Of a stretch of 64,000 nucleotides of DNA, positions 35,229-45,016 are shown piece by piece. Position 1 is the first letter of the stretch. Each line of letters opens with the position of its first letter. Made by a program: the position numbers and the translations under genes. A model generated the notes under the pieces. The model searched no databases, was not told where the DNA came from, and saw only the letters and a program-made list of their open reading frames with translations. The stretch is from an uncultured Roseobacteraceae bacterium (lineage in GTDB: Bacteria > Bacteroidota > Bacteroidia > Cytophagales > Flammeovirgaceae): contig CAZRQL010000012.1 of the NCBI GenBank assembly GCA_964602415.1, positions 1,164 to 65,163 of the forward strand, in the 5' to 3' direction.

Positions 35229-36194
35229 TTGAGCCGCAATTTAGCCGGTGGCTTTGATATTGGCGGATTTGTGCTTTTTTTTGCGTTCAAATACAGAGTT
35301 TTGAAACTTGCGGCCATAGACATAGGTTCAAACGCCATTCGCTGTCAAATCACAGAAGCCATCCATGCCAAATCCCAGCTCATATTCAAAAAGTTGGAAT
35401 ACATAAGGTTTCCGCTTAGGCTGGGGGATGATGTTTTTACGCACGAAAAAATCAGCAAAAAGACAGAAGATACATTTGTCAGGCTTATGGCAACGTTCAA
35501 AAACTTTATTGATTTGTACGAAGTAGATGACTACATAGCCTGTGGAACTTCTGCCATGCGCGAAGCCTTAAACGGACAAGATATTTGCCAGCGTGTTTAT
35601 TACAGTTGCGGACTCAAGATTCACATTATAGACGGCGACAAAGAGGCAGAGCTGATCAACAGCGTCATACATGACCACCTCGATGATTGCCCCTGTGTCC
35701 ATATTGATGTGGGGGGCGGCAGCACGGAGATAAATATTTACCACAAAAAAAAGAAAATCGCTGCCAAGTCTTTTAAAATCGGTTCGGTGAGAATCCTAAA
35801 ATCCCCCGACCTGCAAGATGAATTTGACGATATTAAAAATTGGACAGAGAAATACAAAAAGCAGATGCCCAATGAATCTTTTTTGGCACTGGGTACGGGA
35901 GGCAATATATCAAAATTGCTCGAAATAGCCAATAGCCGCCGTGAAATAACCATTTCTAAGCAATTGGTTGAAGAAACCAAAGGCTTTATTGCCTCTTTTG
36001 ATTACTTGGACAGAATCATAAAGCTCAAGATGAACAAGGATAGGGCGGATGTGATTTTGCCGGCCATTGATATTTATTTGCTGGTGATGGATTGCACCGG
36101 TGCAGAAAATATAAGGATTCCCGATGTAGGGTTGAAGGATGGGCTTATATCTTATCTTTACAAACAATATAGCTCAAAACCTAAAAGTGAATAA
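35229..36194 (+). CDS. Ppx/GppA family phosphatase (exopolyphosphatase-like)
   Basis: ASKHA-fold motifs AAIDIGSNAIR, ACGTSAMREALN and IDVGGGSTEI. The true start is probably the TTG at about 35301 (LKLAAIDIG). Confidence 0.8.
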   Translation: MSRNLAGGFDIGGFVLFFAFKYRVLKLAAIDIGSNAIRCQITEAIHAKSQLIFKKLEYIRFPLRLGDDVFTHEKISKKTEDTFVRLMATFKNFIDLYEVDDYIACGTSAMREALNGQDICQRVYYSCGLKIHIIDGDKEAELINSVIHDHLDDCPCVHIDVGGGSTEINIYHKKKKIAAKSFKIGSVRILKSPDLQDEFDDIKNWTEKYKKQMPNESFLALGTGGNISKLLEIANSRREITISKQLVEETKGFIASFDYLDRIIKLKMNKDRADVILPAIDIYLLVMDCTGAENIRIPDVGLKDGLISYLYKQYSSKPKSE

Positions 36195-36204
36195 GTTTTG
36201 AGCT
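36171..36204 (+). other. Perfect 10-bp inverted repeat enclosing the ppx stop codon
   Basis: AGCTCAAAAC, then 14 nt including the TAA stop, then GTTTTGAGCT. No T-run follows, so a terminator function is uncertain. Confidence 0.3.
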
Positions 36205-36262
36205 ATAGTGATTAACAAATAGGATTAGAATTTTGCAACACGGATTCAATCCCTATAAATTT

Positions 36263-36838
36263 CTACTTATTGATAGCAGCCAACACCTCATTGTCGAAAG
36301 GATTCACGCCCGAAGCCCAGAAATTGGTTAGCTCGCCTTCTTCATTGACCAAGTACTTACAAAAATTCCAATTGGGGGCTTTGTCATTCCATCCATTTTT
36401 GGACTTGTCTGAAAGCCACTGATATAGTGGGTGCATGTCAGAACCTTTCACAGAAATTTTTTCAAATAGTTGGAAAGTAACGCCGTAGTTTTTTTGGCAG
36501 AAAGAGGCTATCTCTCCGTTTGAGCCGGGCTCTTGGCCGCCGAAGTTGTTGGCTGGAAAGCCCAACAGCACTACTTTGTCGCCCATTTGCTCATGCAATT
36601 TTTGCAAATCGGCGTACTGTGGCGTGTAGCCGCACTTAGAGGCTACATTGATGAGCATGACTTTTTTGCCTTTGTAGGTAGAAAAATCTATCTCTTTGCC
36701 GTCTATTGCCTTGAGTTTGAAATCGTAAAAACTTGTTTGCATTGTATTTTGATTCATATTTTCGGGACGAGAGTTTCTGGCTTTCAAGCCGCAACCAAGC
36801 AAAGCCAACAGTGTTGAGAACATGAGGATGTATTTCAT
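36263..36838 (-). CDS. Glutathione peroxidase (lipoprotein/secreted form)
   Basis: Lipoprotein-type signal LLALLGCG. GPx motifs VASKCGYT, LGFPANNFGGQEPG and WNFCKYLV. Confidence 0.9.
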   Translation of the reverse strand: MKYILMFSTLLALLGCGLKARNSRPENMNQNTMQTSFYDFKLKAIDGKEIDFSTYKGKKVMLINVASKCGYTPQYADLQKLHEQMGDKVVLLGFPANNFGGQEPGSNGEIASFCQKNYGVTFQLFEKISVKGSDMHPLYQWLSDKSKNGWNDKAPNWNFCKYLVNEEGELTNFWASGVNPFDNEVLAAINK

Positions 36839-37010
36839 TAATGTTTTAATTTTACAATAAATAGGATTGTTTTTTGTGGCCTAACCCTTACAATCTTGGT
36901 ATTTATACGATTGGGGCAAAAACTATTAAACTACACCCAAAATTGGTTTGAGTTATCTGTTTGCGCGTAATGGATGGTTAAAAAACACTCTAAGTTTTTT
37001 GTGATTGGTA

Positions 37011-37018
37011 TAGATTTG
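37011..37018 (+). promoter_or_regulatory. Bacteroidota -7 promoter box (TAGATTTG) for nuoD
   Basis: Exact TAnnTTTG match about 15 nt upstream of the ATG at 37033. Confidence 0.45.
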
Positions 37019-37032
37019 TAAAAATTTTCCAG

Positions 37033-38232
37033 ATGCCTCAATCTATCCAATACCAGTACCATCCGGAGCACTTGTCCAATTCAGAGCCTCTTTATTTCGA
37101 CCCCAAAAAGTTGAAAAAGGAGGAGATGATTCTCAATATCGGCCCTCAACATCCTTCTACGCATGGGGTGTTGAGGTTGGAGGTTCTTACGGATGGTGAG
37201 GTAGTGTCGGATGTTGTGCCTCATATCGGCTACCTGCACCGATGCTTTGAGAAACATGCAGAATCACTTAGTTATCAGCAAATTATCCCTTATGTGGATA
37301 GGATGGATTATCTGGCTTCGATGAATTCGGAGCATGCCTACGTAATGGGGGTTGAGAAGATATTGGGTCTGACCGACAAAATCCCCCCGCGTACCGAGTA
37401 CATCCGTGTGTTGGTGGCCGAATTGAATCGGATAGCTTCTCATTTTGTGGCGATCGGGACGTATTCCCTTGATATTGGTGCTTTTACGCCTTTTCTTTGG
37501 ATGATGCGCGACCGTGAGCATATACAGAGAATGCTGGAATGGACTTGTGGCGCAAGGATGCTCTACAACTATATCTGGATTGGGGGCTTGTACTACGACT
37601 TGCCGGTTGGCTTTTTGGACAGATGCCAAGAATTTATTGATTATTTGATGCCCAAATTGGATGAGTTGGATACTATTTTGGTCAATAACCCCATTTTTTT
37701 GGGACGTACCCGTGGGGTTGGTTGTTTGCCGTTGACTACGGCCATCAATGCGGGTGCGAGTGGCCCCATTTTGAGAGCCAGTGGCTTGCGGTTTGACTTG
37801 CGGCGGGTGGATGGGTATTCGGTGTACCCGGAGTTGGACTTTGAGATACCGATTGGTCAAAACGGGGATTGTTGGGACAGAACCTACGTTCGTGCGCAAG
37901 AGTGCCGCGAGTCTGCCAAAATTATATCGCAGTGCATATCCAAATTGCGCGGCATGCCCGCTAAGGACTTTGACCCCCAAAAGCTCGTTCCCAAACGGGT
38001 TTTGCCGATGGAGGATACAGAATTTTATTTTCGTGCCGAAAATCCCAAAGGCGAACTGGGCTTTTACTTTCAGACCCAAGCCCGCAAGGAAATTCCTCTC
38101 AGGGTCAAAGCCCGTGCCCCTTCTTTTGTGAATCTGTCTATTTTGCCTCTATTGTCCAGAGGGGTTTTGATATCGGACTTAGTGGCCATAGTAGGCTCTT
38201 TGGATTTGGTGATGGGTGAAGTGGATAGGTAG
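37033..38232 (+). CDS. nuoD: NADH-quinone oxidoreductase subunit D (isolated gene)
   Basis: [15 protein letters not shown]...[11 protein letters not shown]...DRMDY, full length (399 aa), ending in the typical GEVDR. No nuoC or nuoE/H gene flanks it. Confidence 0.9.
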   Translation: MPQSIQYQYHPEHLSNSEPLYFDPKKLKKEEMILNIGPQHPSTHGVLRLEVLTDGEVVSDVVPHIGYLHRCFEKHAESLSYQQIIPYVDRMDYLASMNSEHAYVMGVEKILGLTDKIPPRTEYIRVLVAELNRIASHFVAIGTYSLDIGAFTPFLWMMRDREHIQRMLEWTCGARMLYNYIWIGGLYYDLPVGFLDRCQEFIDYLMPKLDELDTILVNNPIFLGRTRGVGCLPLTTAINAGASGPILRASGLRFDLRRVDGYSVYPELDFEIPIGQNGDCWDRTYVRAQECRESAKIISQCISKLRGMPAKDFDPQKLVPKRVLPMEDTEFYFRAENPKGELGFYFQTQARKEIPLRVKARAPSFVNLSILPLLSRGVLISDLVAIVGSLDLVMGEVDR

Positions 38233-38234
38233 GT

Positions 38235-39089
38235 TTATCCGAAACGCTGCTTGAGGACAGGATGCAGAAAGATAGTCCCCAGAATAATTACGGCCCCCAC
38301 ATAAAATCCCGATGTCATCTTTTCGGCACTGCCATAGATGAGTAAAGCCAACACAATCCCATAGACAGGCTCCAAATTGACCACCAAATTCATGGTAAAA
38401 ACAGAGAAAATATGAAGAAGCCTGACACTTTCGTAAAAAGCAAAAACAGTACACAGTAGGGCAAGTGGCAGAATATACACCCAATCCAAAGCCATAGGTA
38501 TCCAAACCGTGGTCGGGTCAAACAGTGCAACCACTATTGAAAACAAAAACGCCCCAATCATTTCGTAGAAAGTGATGGTCAGCGGGTCTGATTGGTGGAT
38601 GAGCAGGGCATTGAGTCCCGAAAACAAAGCCCCAAACAAAGCTGCCAACAATGCAAAAAACAACCCCCAGAAGTGTCCAAACTCAAAATTGAAAATCACA
38701 TAAAGCCCCAAAAAAATCACCAACCCCAGCACAATTTCGTAGCCTTTGATGTTGGTTCCCTTGAGCCAAGGCTCTATAAAGGCGGTAAAAAGTGAAACTG
38801 TGGAGATTCCTGCCAAACAAATGCTGACGGTGGAGATTTTGGCCGAGTAAAAAAAACTAAACCAATGTGCCCCTACCAAAAAACCAACTCCCAGCAGACG
38901 AATCAAAAGCTTAGGGGACACCCAAAGATGTTGTTTTTTGATAAATACCACCAAAATCATGATGGACAAAGCGGAGACGGCTGTGCGATAAACGACAACC
39001 ATTTCGGCGGATAGGGATATCTCTTTGCCCAAAATCGAAGTGAAGCCCCACAAGAAAACAATGAAGTGAAGGCGAAGGTATGAACTCAT
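38235..39089 (-). CDS. EamA/DMT-family transporter
   Basis: 284 aa, 10 TM helices in two EamA-like halves. Confidence 0.75.
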   Translation of the reverse strand: MSSYLRLHFIVFLWGFTSILGKEISLSAEMVVVYRTAVSALSIMILVVFIKKQHLWVSPKLLIRLLGVGFLVGAHWFSFFYSAKISTVSICLAGISTVSLFTAFIEPWLKGTNIKGYEIVLGLVIFLGLYVIFNFEFGHFWGLFFALLAALFGALFSGLNALLIHQSDPLTITFYEMIGAFLFSIVVALFDPTTVWIPMALDWVYILPLALLCTVFAFYESVRLLHIFSVFTMNLVVNLEPVYGIVLALLIYGSAEKMTSGFYVGAVIILGTIFLHPVLKQRFG

Positions 39090-40058
39090 CTAAGAAACGT
39101 GGGTTATGACCAAATAGGCCATGTAAGAAAGGTACAAAAGTAACAATAATAAGCCTTCCCAACGTTCCAGCACGTGTCTTTTGCCCAAAAACATAAATGT
39201 AAACAAAAGCAGGCTGGCTAAAATATTAACACCCAGATCTATAAGATTGCTTGACAAAAAAGGAAGTGGATTTACCACTGCACTGGCTCCCAAAATCCAA
39301 AAAACATTGAATATATTAGAACCCACTACATTGCCAATGGCTATATCGCTCTCTTTTTTAATGGCTGCTGTTGCTGAAGTGGCCAATTCAGGAAGAGAAG
39401 TGCCTATTGCTACAACAGTAATACCGATGAGTGATTCGGATAGATTGAACATTCTGGCTATTTCCACCGCGCTGTCCACAATCCACTTTCCACCTACCAC
39501 CAGTCCGGTAAGCCCCAAGATTAGATAACCCACAGAAGCAATCGGGCTAAGCATTTTTTTGAGTTCGGCATCTATGGGGGGTACATCTGCCTCAGATTTA
39601 GAAATTCCGAAGACATAGTATAAAAATATAATAAAAAAGCATAGCAAGATAAGTCCATCTGCACGCCCCAAAGATGAAGTTTGTTCGCCGTCTATGAGTG
39701 CATCGTTGGCCAAAAAGGCTACCACAAAAGCCGCTAAAAGACTGAAAGGTATCTCTTTGAGAACAGTGTTTCTATTCGCTGAGATGGGGTAGATAACAGC
39801 AGTTACTCCCAAAATCAATAAAAAATTTGCAATATTGCTACCCAAAATATTGCCGATGGCGATATCAGTATTTTTTTGGTAGGAGGCCAGTACGCTGACT
39901 ACAAATTCGGGCATAGAAGTGCCAAATGCCACAATCGTAAGGCCGATAACTATATTCGATATATGAAACCGTCTTGCCAGTGAGGCAGCACCCTGTACCA
40001 AGAAGTCTGCTCCTTTTATCAGGAATAAAAACCCCGCAAACAAAAAAACATATGTCAT
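39090..40058 (-). CDS. Ca2+/Na+ antiporter (CaCA family, YrbG-like)
   Basis: Two alpha-repeats, GNILGSNIANFLLILG and GNVVGSNIFNVFWILG, with GTSMPE/GTSLPE motifs. Confidence 0.85.
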   Translation of the reverse strand: MTYVFLFAGFLFLIKGADFLVQGAASLARRFHISNIVIGLTIVAFGTSMPEFVVSVLASYQKNTDIAIGNILGSNIANFLLILGVTAVIYPISANRNTVLKEIPFSLLAAFVVAFLANDALIDGEQTSSLGRADGLILLCFFIIFLYYVFGISKSEADVPPIDAELKKMLSPIASVGYLILGLTGLVVGGKWIVDSAVEIARMFNLSESLIGITVVAIGTSLPELATSATAAIKKESDIAIGNVVGSNIFNVFWILGASAVVNPLPFLSSNLIDLGVNILASLLLFTFMFLGKRHVLERWEGLLLLLLYLSYMAYLVITHVS

Positions 40059-40124
40059 AATATCTTTTGAGTTCTTTAACGAAATATTTTGATAAAATTG
40101 TTATTTGTAGCAAATAAAACTCTT

Positions 40125-40469
40125 TCAGATGGATTTCGACTTGGTGTAACCCAATTTGACTAAAAAACTTAGAATTTTTTCTTTGCACTCACCTTGTATA
40201 ATGATTTGGCCATCTTTAAAACTCCCGCCTGTTCCGCAGTGGGCTTTTAGTTTTTTGGCCAAATTTTCAAGCTCTGCCGAAGTGCCCTCAAAACCGTTTA
40301 CCAGCGTAACCACTTTTCCTGCTCTGCCACTTTTATCTGTTTTGATGCGAAGGTTTTGTTTATCTGGTTCGGGAGTTGATACGCTCGGCTCAGGTTCTTG
40401 TGATTTGAGCCAATCGGGGTCAGTGGAATAAACCACCCCATCTGCTGTGTTTTTTTTCTTCATAATCAA
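40125..40469 (-). CDS. SUI1/eIF1-family translation initiation factor (YciH-like)
   Basis: 114 aa. RAGKVVTLVNGF...LAKKLKAHCGTGGSFKDGQIIIQGE matches the SUI1 fold pattern. Confidence 0.85.
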   Translation of the reverse strand: MIMKKKNTADGVVYSTDPDWLKSQEPEPSVSTPEPDKQNLRIKTDKSGRAGKVVTLVNGFEGTSAELENLAKKLKAHCGTGGSFKDGQIIIQGECKEKILSFLVKLGYTKSKSI

Positions 40470-41662
40470 AAATCTTCGTTTGTGGGTATAGACTCGTCTT
40501 CTTGGAGTATTTCTTTGATTTTGTGTCCATAGCGTCCCATAGTTACCTCCACACGAAGTTGGGAAGTGATTTTTTCTTTTCTTGTGCGCGTGATGTCTAT
40601 GGCCTTAAAAATAGCATGGCGCATTGAAGACTCATCTGCTATTCCTTTGCCTGCTATGCTGTAAGCCGTACCGTGGTCGGGAGATGTTCTGACAATAGGC
40701 AGTCCGGCGGTAAAATTTACCCCTGTTTCAAAACCGATATATTTGAAAGGGATCAGCCCTTGGTCGTGGTACATGGCTAAGATGCCATCGTAACCGCTGT
40801 GTAAGCGCATTCCAAAAAATCCGTCTGCAGGAAAAGGCCCAAATACCAGATGGCCTTGCGCTTTGAATTCCTCAACCACAGGGGCAATGACTTCCATCTC
40901 TTCTTTGCCCAAAAGGCCGGATTCTCCCGCATGTGGGTTCAGTCCTAAGACTGCAATTTTGGGTTTGCCAATGCCAAAGTCTTCTACGAGACTTTTGAGC
41001 AGCAGATTCAATTTGGTTTTCAGCAAATCGGGCTTTATCAAAGAACTCACCTGGGCAAGCGGGACATGCCCCGTAACCAAAGCCACCCTTAAATCATCTG
41101 CACAAAGCATCATAAGACTTTGATTTAGGCCAAACTCCGAGGTAAAAAACTCGGTGTGTCCGGGAAAACTAAACGATTCACTTTGAATGTTGTGCTTGTT
41201 GATGGGGGCAGTAACCACCGCGTCTATAAATCCTGACTTTAAGTCTTCGACAGCTTTTTTTAGACAAGCCAAAGATGCCAATCCGGCTTGTTGGGTTACT
41301 TTTCCCGGTTCAACCTCAAAGTTGTCCGAGATGCAGTTTATCAGATTGGGTCTTTTTTCGTTGAGATGGTTTTGAAAAACTAAAGGATTAAAATCATTGA
41401 TATTCAATATTTTGCGATAACGAGAGAAGACTTTATTTGACCCATAGATAACCGGCGTACAAAGTGAGTTCATACGAAGTTCCGAAAAAACTTTCATAAT
41501 AATTTCCGCTCCGATGCCATTGGGGTCTCCTAAGGTGATGCCTATTCTGGGTTTGCGCTCTGATTCCATATTTGCAAAAGTAGATTTTTTGGTCAAAACA
41601 ATCTTATTAAGTCTCACAAATAATAATTTGTATTCAGTTATGAAATTAATTTTAATTTTCAA
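40466..41662 (-). CDS. pdxA: 4-hydroxythreonine-4-phosphate dehydrogenase
   Basis: Motifs ITLGDPNGIG, FPGHTEF, LNPHAGE and RTSPDHGTA. The likely start is the internal ATG at about 41569 (MESERKPRIG). Confidence 0.9.
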   Translation of the reverse strand: MKIKINFITEYKLLFVRLNKIVLTKKSTFANMESERKPRIGITLGDPNGIGAEIIMKVFSELRMNSLCTPVIYGSNKVFSRYRKILNINDFNPLVFQNHLNEKRPNLINCISDNFEVEPGKVTQQAGLASLACLKKAVEDLKSGFIDAVVTAPINKHNIQSESFSFPGHTEFFTSEFGLNQSLMMLCADDLRVALVTGHVPLAQVSSLIKPDLLKTKLNLLLKSLVEDFGIGKPKIAVLGLNPHAGESGLLGKEEMEVIAPVVEEFKAQGHLVFGPFPADGFFGMRLHSGYDGILAMYHDQGLIPFKYIGFETGVNFTAGLPIVRTSPDHGTAYSIAGKGIADESSMRHAIFKAIDITRTRKEKITSQLRVEVTMGRYGHKIKEILQEDESIPTNEDF

Positions 41663-42879
41663 TCTGAGCGATCAGAACCGTTTCTCCAACTTCCTACCGC
41701 AAGCCTCCAATAAGCCAACATTTTGCTATCGCGGTTGTGCAAAACATAGTGATTGTCACTAAAGGGGGTTTCTACTTTTGTAAAAGTAAAGGCAAAACGT
41801 CTTTGCAAACTGGCCGAAAAATAAGTCCAAGTCAATTGTCCAAACACCTCACTGACTTCGAGCGGTTCGCCAAATACCATGTAAATCATGCCCCTGTCTG
41901 TGCGCCAACCCTCTCTGATGCTGGTAAAATTTTTATTGGCATAAGTAACCCTTCGATAATAAGAGGCGATGATTTTGAGTGTGTTGTTTTGTGTGCCACC
42001 AAAACTGAGCCATTGCTCATCCATGAGTTTCTTTTTGTAATTGGATTTTTTTATCTTTTCAAACTCTTCATTGTCAGATATATACACCATAGCCTCTGCT
42101 AAGTGGTTGACCACTTTTAATTTGGGATAATCTTTGGAAACCACTGTGATGGCTTGGCCTTCTTGGTTGGTGGTATCGGTTTGCACAAAATAGAGTGCTT
42201 TTTTATTGAGAACAAAAGGCTCATTGGCTTTAATTACGGCAAGGCTGTCCACTTCCATTTCCATAGGGATATTGACCTTTGTGAGGAAAGGCGGCAAGGC
42301 AAACAAGAGTGTCTCTCTAAAGCGGTAAATAAACACTTGTTCTCTATTGGTTTGGATTGATATTGTATCTCCAAGCCTAAAAAATTGGTCTTTTTTGTTA
42401 GACAGCAACGTAAAATCTCGTTCTTTTCCTTTTTGCACACCGGCTTGTGCGGTGCTTTTTGTTCCGATTCTTTTGTCAGTCAACACCAAATCAAATTCTA
42501 CCTCCGAAACGACAATTTTTTGAATCTCAAAATTTATCCAAAACTCTTCGCCCACTTTTCGGTGGCTTTCAGAGGCTAAATTCAAGTTTTTTTGTTGTAT
42601 TATTGAGCCATCGGAATTGCGCCTCATCGTAATTTCAAGACTAAGGTCTTCAGGAGAAATTGCGCTTTTGTGTCTGGCACTAAACACTTTGACCTCAAAG
42701 CGGTATAAAGATTTGTCCTCTTGGACAACAGCAGAAATTCTTTGTTGTGCCCAAAGACAGGAAATTGAACACAAACAACTGCACAGTAGTAATAATCTTT
42801 TCATGCAAGATATTAAGGATTTGTTAGAACAAAAATATTGGCAATATAACAGAGTAGAGTTTATCGAAAACGACCCCAT
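41659..42879 (-). CDS. GWxTD domain-containing secreted protein
   Basis: GWRTDRGMIYMVFGEP motif near the C-terminus. The likely start is the ATG at 42804 (MKRLLLLCSCLCSISCLWAQQ, a signal peptide). Confidence 0.75.
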   Translation of the reverse strand: MGSFSINSTLLYCQYFCSNKSLISCMKRLLLLCSCLCSISCLWAQQRISAVVQEDKSLYRFEVKVFSARHKSAISPEDLSLEITMRRNSDGSIIQQKNLNLASESHRKVGEEFWINFEIQKIVVSEVEFDLVLTDKRIGTKSTAQAGVQKGKERDFTLLSNKKDQFFRLGDTISIQTNREQVFIYRFRETLLFALPPFLTKVNIPMEMEVDSLAVIKANEPFVLNKKALYFVQTDTTNQEGQAITVVSKDYPKLKVVNHLAEAMVYISDNEEFEKIKKSNYKKKLMDEQWLSFGGTQNNTLKIIASYYRRVTYANKNFTSIREGWRTDRGMIYMVFGEPLEVSEVFGQLTWTYFSASLQRRFAFTFTKVETPFSDNHYVLHNRDSKMLAYWRLAVGSWRNGSDRSD

Positions 42880-43549
42880 CTCTGTGCCTTATCGTTTTGA
42901 TAAGCTGCAGGACAAAGAAATAGCGGGTTTTTTTGCTGCTATTCTCTCTTGGGGGCTACGCAAAACAATCATTACCAAATCTTTAGAATTGATGAGTCGC
43001 ATGGACAACAAACCCCATGAATTCATCCTTTACCACAGTGAACAGGACTTGAAGCAACTGTTGAACTTCAAACACCGCACCTTCAACCAAACCGATTTAC
43101 TTTATTTTGTTTTTTTCCTCCAACAGCATTACCTGAGCCATCCCAGTTTGGAAGAGGCTTTTTTACCCCAACCCAATGAGTCCACGGTTGAAGGTGCATT
43201 GGTTAGGCTGAGGCGAAAATTTGAAGATCAAGAATTTTGCCCCCAACGCAGCCTCAAGCACTTGAGTTCCCCCGAGACCGGATCGGCTTGTAAACGGTTG
43301 AACATGTTTTTGCGATGGATGGTCAGACAGGAAGGTGTTGATTTTGGACTGTGGAAAAGAATTGGTACTCAAAGGCTTGTATGTCCTCTCGATGTCCATG
43401 TAAACAATGTAGCCACCCAACTGGGGCTTTTACAGGGACAAAAAGGCTGGAAGGCTGCCCTTGCACTCACCGAAACACTTCGCCGGTTTGACCCTCAAGA
43501 CCCCGTAAAGTATGATTTTGCTCTTTTTGGCATGGGAGCCATGCGATAG
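42803..43549 (+). CDS. TIGR02757 (DUF2400) family protein
   Basis: NDPISVPYRFDKLQDKEIAGFFAAILSWGLRKTII and the C-terminal DPVKYDFALFGMG pattern. Starting at the internal ATG 42803 gives the family-typical length of about 248 aa. The ORF track extends it to 42617. Confidence 0.7.
   Translation: MQDIKDLLEQKYWQYNRVEFIENDPISVPYRFDKLQDKEIAGFFAAILSWGLRKTIITKSLELMSRMDNKPHEFILYHSEQDLKQLLNFKHRTFNQTDLLYFVFFLQQHYLSHPSLEEAFLPQPNESTVEGALVRLRRKFEDQEFCPQRSLKHLSSPETGSACKRLNMFLRWMVRQEGVDFGLWKRIGTQRLVCPLDVHVNNVATQLGLLQGQKGWKAALALTETLRRFDPQDPVKYDFALFGMGAMR
42830..42837 (-). promoter_or_regulatory. Candidate -7 box (TATTTTTG) for the GWxTD gene, located inside the divergent TIGR02757 CDS
   Basis: Exact TAnnTTTG match on the minus strand, about 25 nt upstream of the ATG at 42804. 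Confidence 0.3.
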
Positions 43550-43557
43550 GACGAACT

Positions 43558-44988
43558 TTGTGTCATTATTGCAGGCAAATTGACGGCGTGATGTCGAAAA
43601 AAATAATTCTTAGCGACTTAGAAATTACAACTTTAGGGGCTGAAGCAGCCGGTATTGGCAGGTGGGAGCAGATGGTAGTCTTTGTCAAGGGAGCTTTGCC
43701 GGGTGATGTGGTAGATGTTGAGATTTTCAAAAAAAAGGCTTCCTACGCCCAAGCCAACTTATTGAAAATTAAGAGTCCTTCTCCTTATCGGGTTGAGCCG
43801 TTTTGCGAGCATTTTGGTATTTGCGGGGGATGTTCGCTTCAAAACCTTGTTTATGAGCAACAACTTGTTCACAAACAGCAGCAAGTCGAAGAGGCATTGC
43901 ACAGAATAGCCAAAGTTCCGGTCTCATCTTTGGCATCAATTTTACCCTCTGACCAAACCGTCTTTTATCGCAATAAACTTGAGTTTTCTTTTAGTGAGAG
44001 AAGGTGGCTCACAGATAAGGAAATGGCTTCAGGTCAGACTTTTGACAAGCGTGCTGCCGGTTTTCATATTCCGCAAGGCTATGACAAGGTTTTTCAGGTC
44101 AATCGCTGCTACCTCCAGCCCGACTACCACAACTCAATCAGAAACGGCCTGTATGAGTTTGCGCTCTCTCAAGGCTTTGATTTCTATCACATTAAACAAA
44201 AATATGGTTTTTTGAGGTGTTTGACTTTGCGCTGCAACCAAAAAGGCGAGTGGATGGCTATTGTGCAGTTTTTTGAAGACAGGCAAGAGGCTATCACACA
44301 GACAATGAATTTTTTGCAAGTCAATTTCCCTGACATTAAATCGCTATTCTACACCATCAACCCCAAAGGCAACGACACAATCTATGATTTGGAACTCCAT
44401 CTTTGGAGTGGGCAGGAATTTTTATTGGAGAGTTTGGAAAATCTTGTTTTTAAGATTGGGCCTAAATCTTTTTTTCAAGTCAATGTTGGTCAGACTCTTA
44501 AAATGTACAACACCATCAAGGCATTGGCCGAGCTTACCGGACAAGAGTTGGTCTATGACCTCTACACCGGAACGGGCACGATTGCTTTATTTTTGGCAGC
44601 CCATGCCAAAAAAGTAGTTGGCGTTGAACTCATTGCGCAAGCTATCGAGGATGCAGTACAAAACGCAGCCCTCAACCATATCACCAATGCGAGTTTTTAT
44701 GCGGGCGATATCAGACAAGTGCTGACCCCTGCTTTTGTGTCTCAACATGGATCGCCCGATGTGCTGGTGGTGGATCCGCCTCGCTCGGGTATAGAAGAGA
44801 AAGTGCTCCCTGTAATCTTGGAACTTGCAGCCAAAAAAATTATTTACGTGTCTTGCAATCCCGCTACACAAGCCAGAGATGTTGCGTATCTTTCTCAAAA
44901 ATACAACGTTACAAAAATGCAGCCTTTAGATATGTTTCCCCATACCCACCATGTAGAAAATATCTTGGTATTGGATATGAAATTTTAG
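43558..44988 (+). CDS. rlmD: 23S rRNA (uracil-C5)-methyltransferase RlmD/RumA family
   Basis: N-terminal TRAM domain, Fe-S cysteines CEHFGICGGCSLQ, SAM motif DLYTGTGTIAL, and catalytic VSCNPAT. The likely start is the ATG at about 43591 (MSKKIILSD). Confidence 0.85.
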   Translation: MCHYCRQIDGVMSKKIILSDLEITTLGAEAAGIGRWEQMVVFVKGALPGDVVDVEIFKKKASYAQANLLKIKSPSPYRVEPFCEHFGICGGCSLQNLVYEQQLVHKQQQVEEALHRIAKVPVSSLASILPSDQTVFYRNKLEFSFSERRWLTDKEMASGQTFDKRAAGFHIPQGYDKVFQVNRCYLQPDYHNSIRNGLYEFALSQGFDFYHIKQKYGFLRCLTLRCNQKGEWMAIVQFFEDRQEAITQTMNFLQVNFPDIKSLFYTINPKGNDTIYDLELHLWSGQEFLLESLENLVFKIGPKSFFQVNVGQTLKMYNTIKALAELTGQELVYDLYTGTGTIALFLAAHAKKVVGVELIAQAIEDAVQNAALNHITNASFYAGDIRQVLTPAFVSQHGSPDVLVVDPPRSGIEEKVLPVILELAAKKIIYVSCNPATQARDVAYLSQKYNVTKMQPLDMFPHTHHVENILVLDMKF

Positions 44989-45016
44989 CTACTTTTAGAA
45001 CCGGTAAGGGTAAAAA

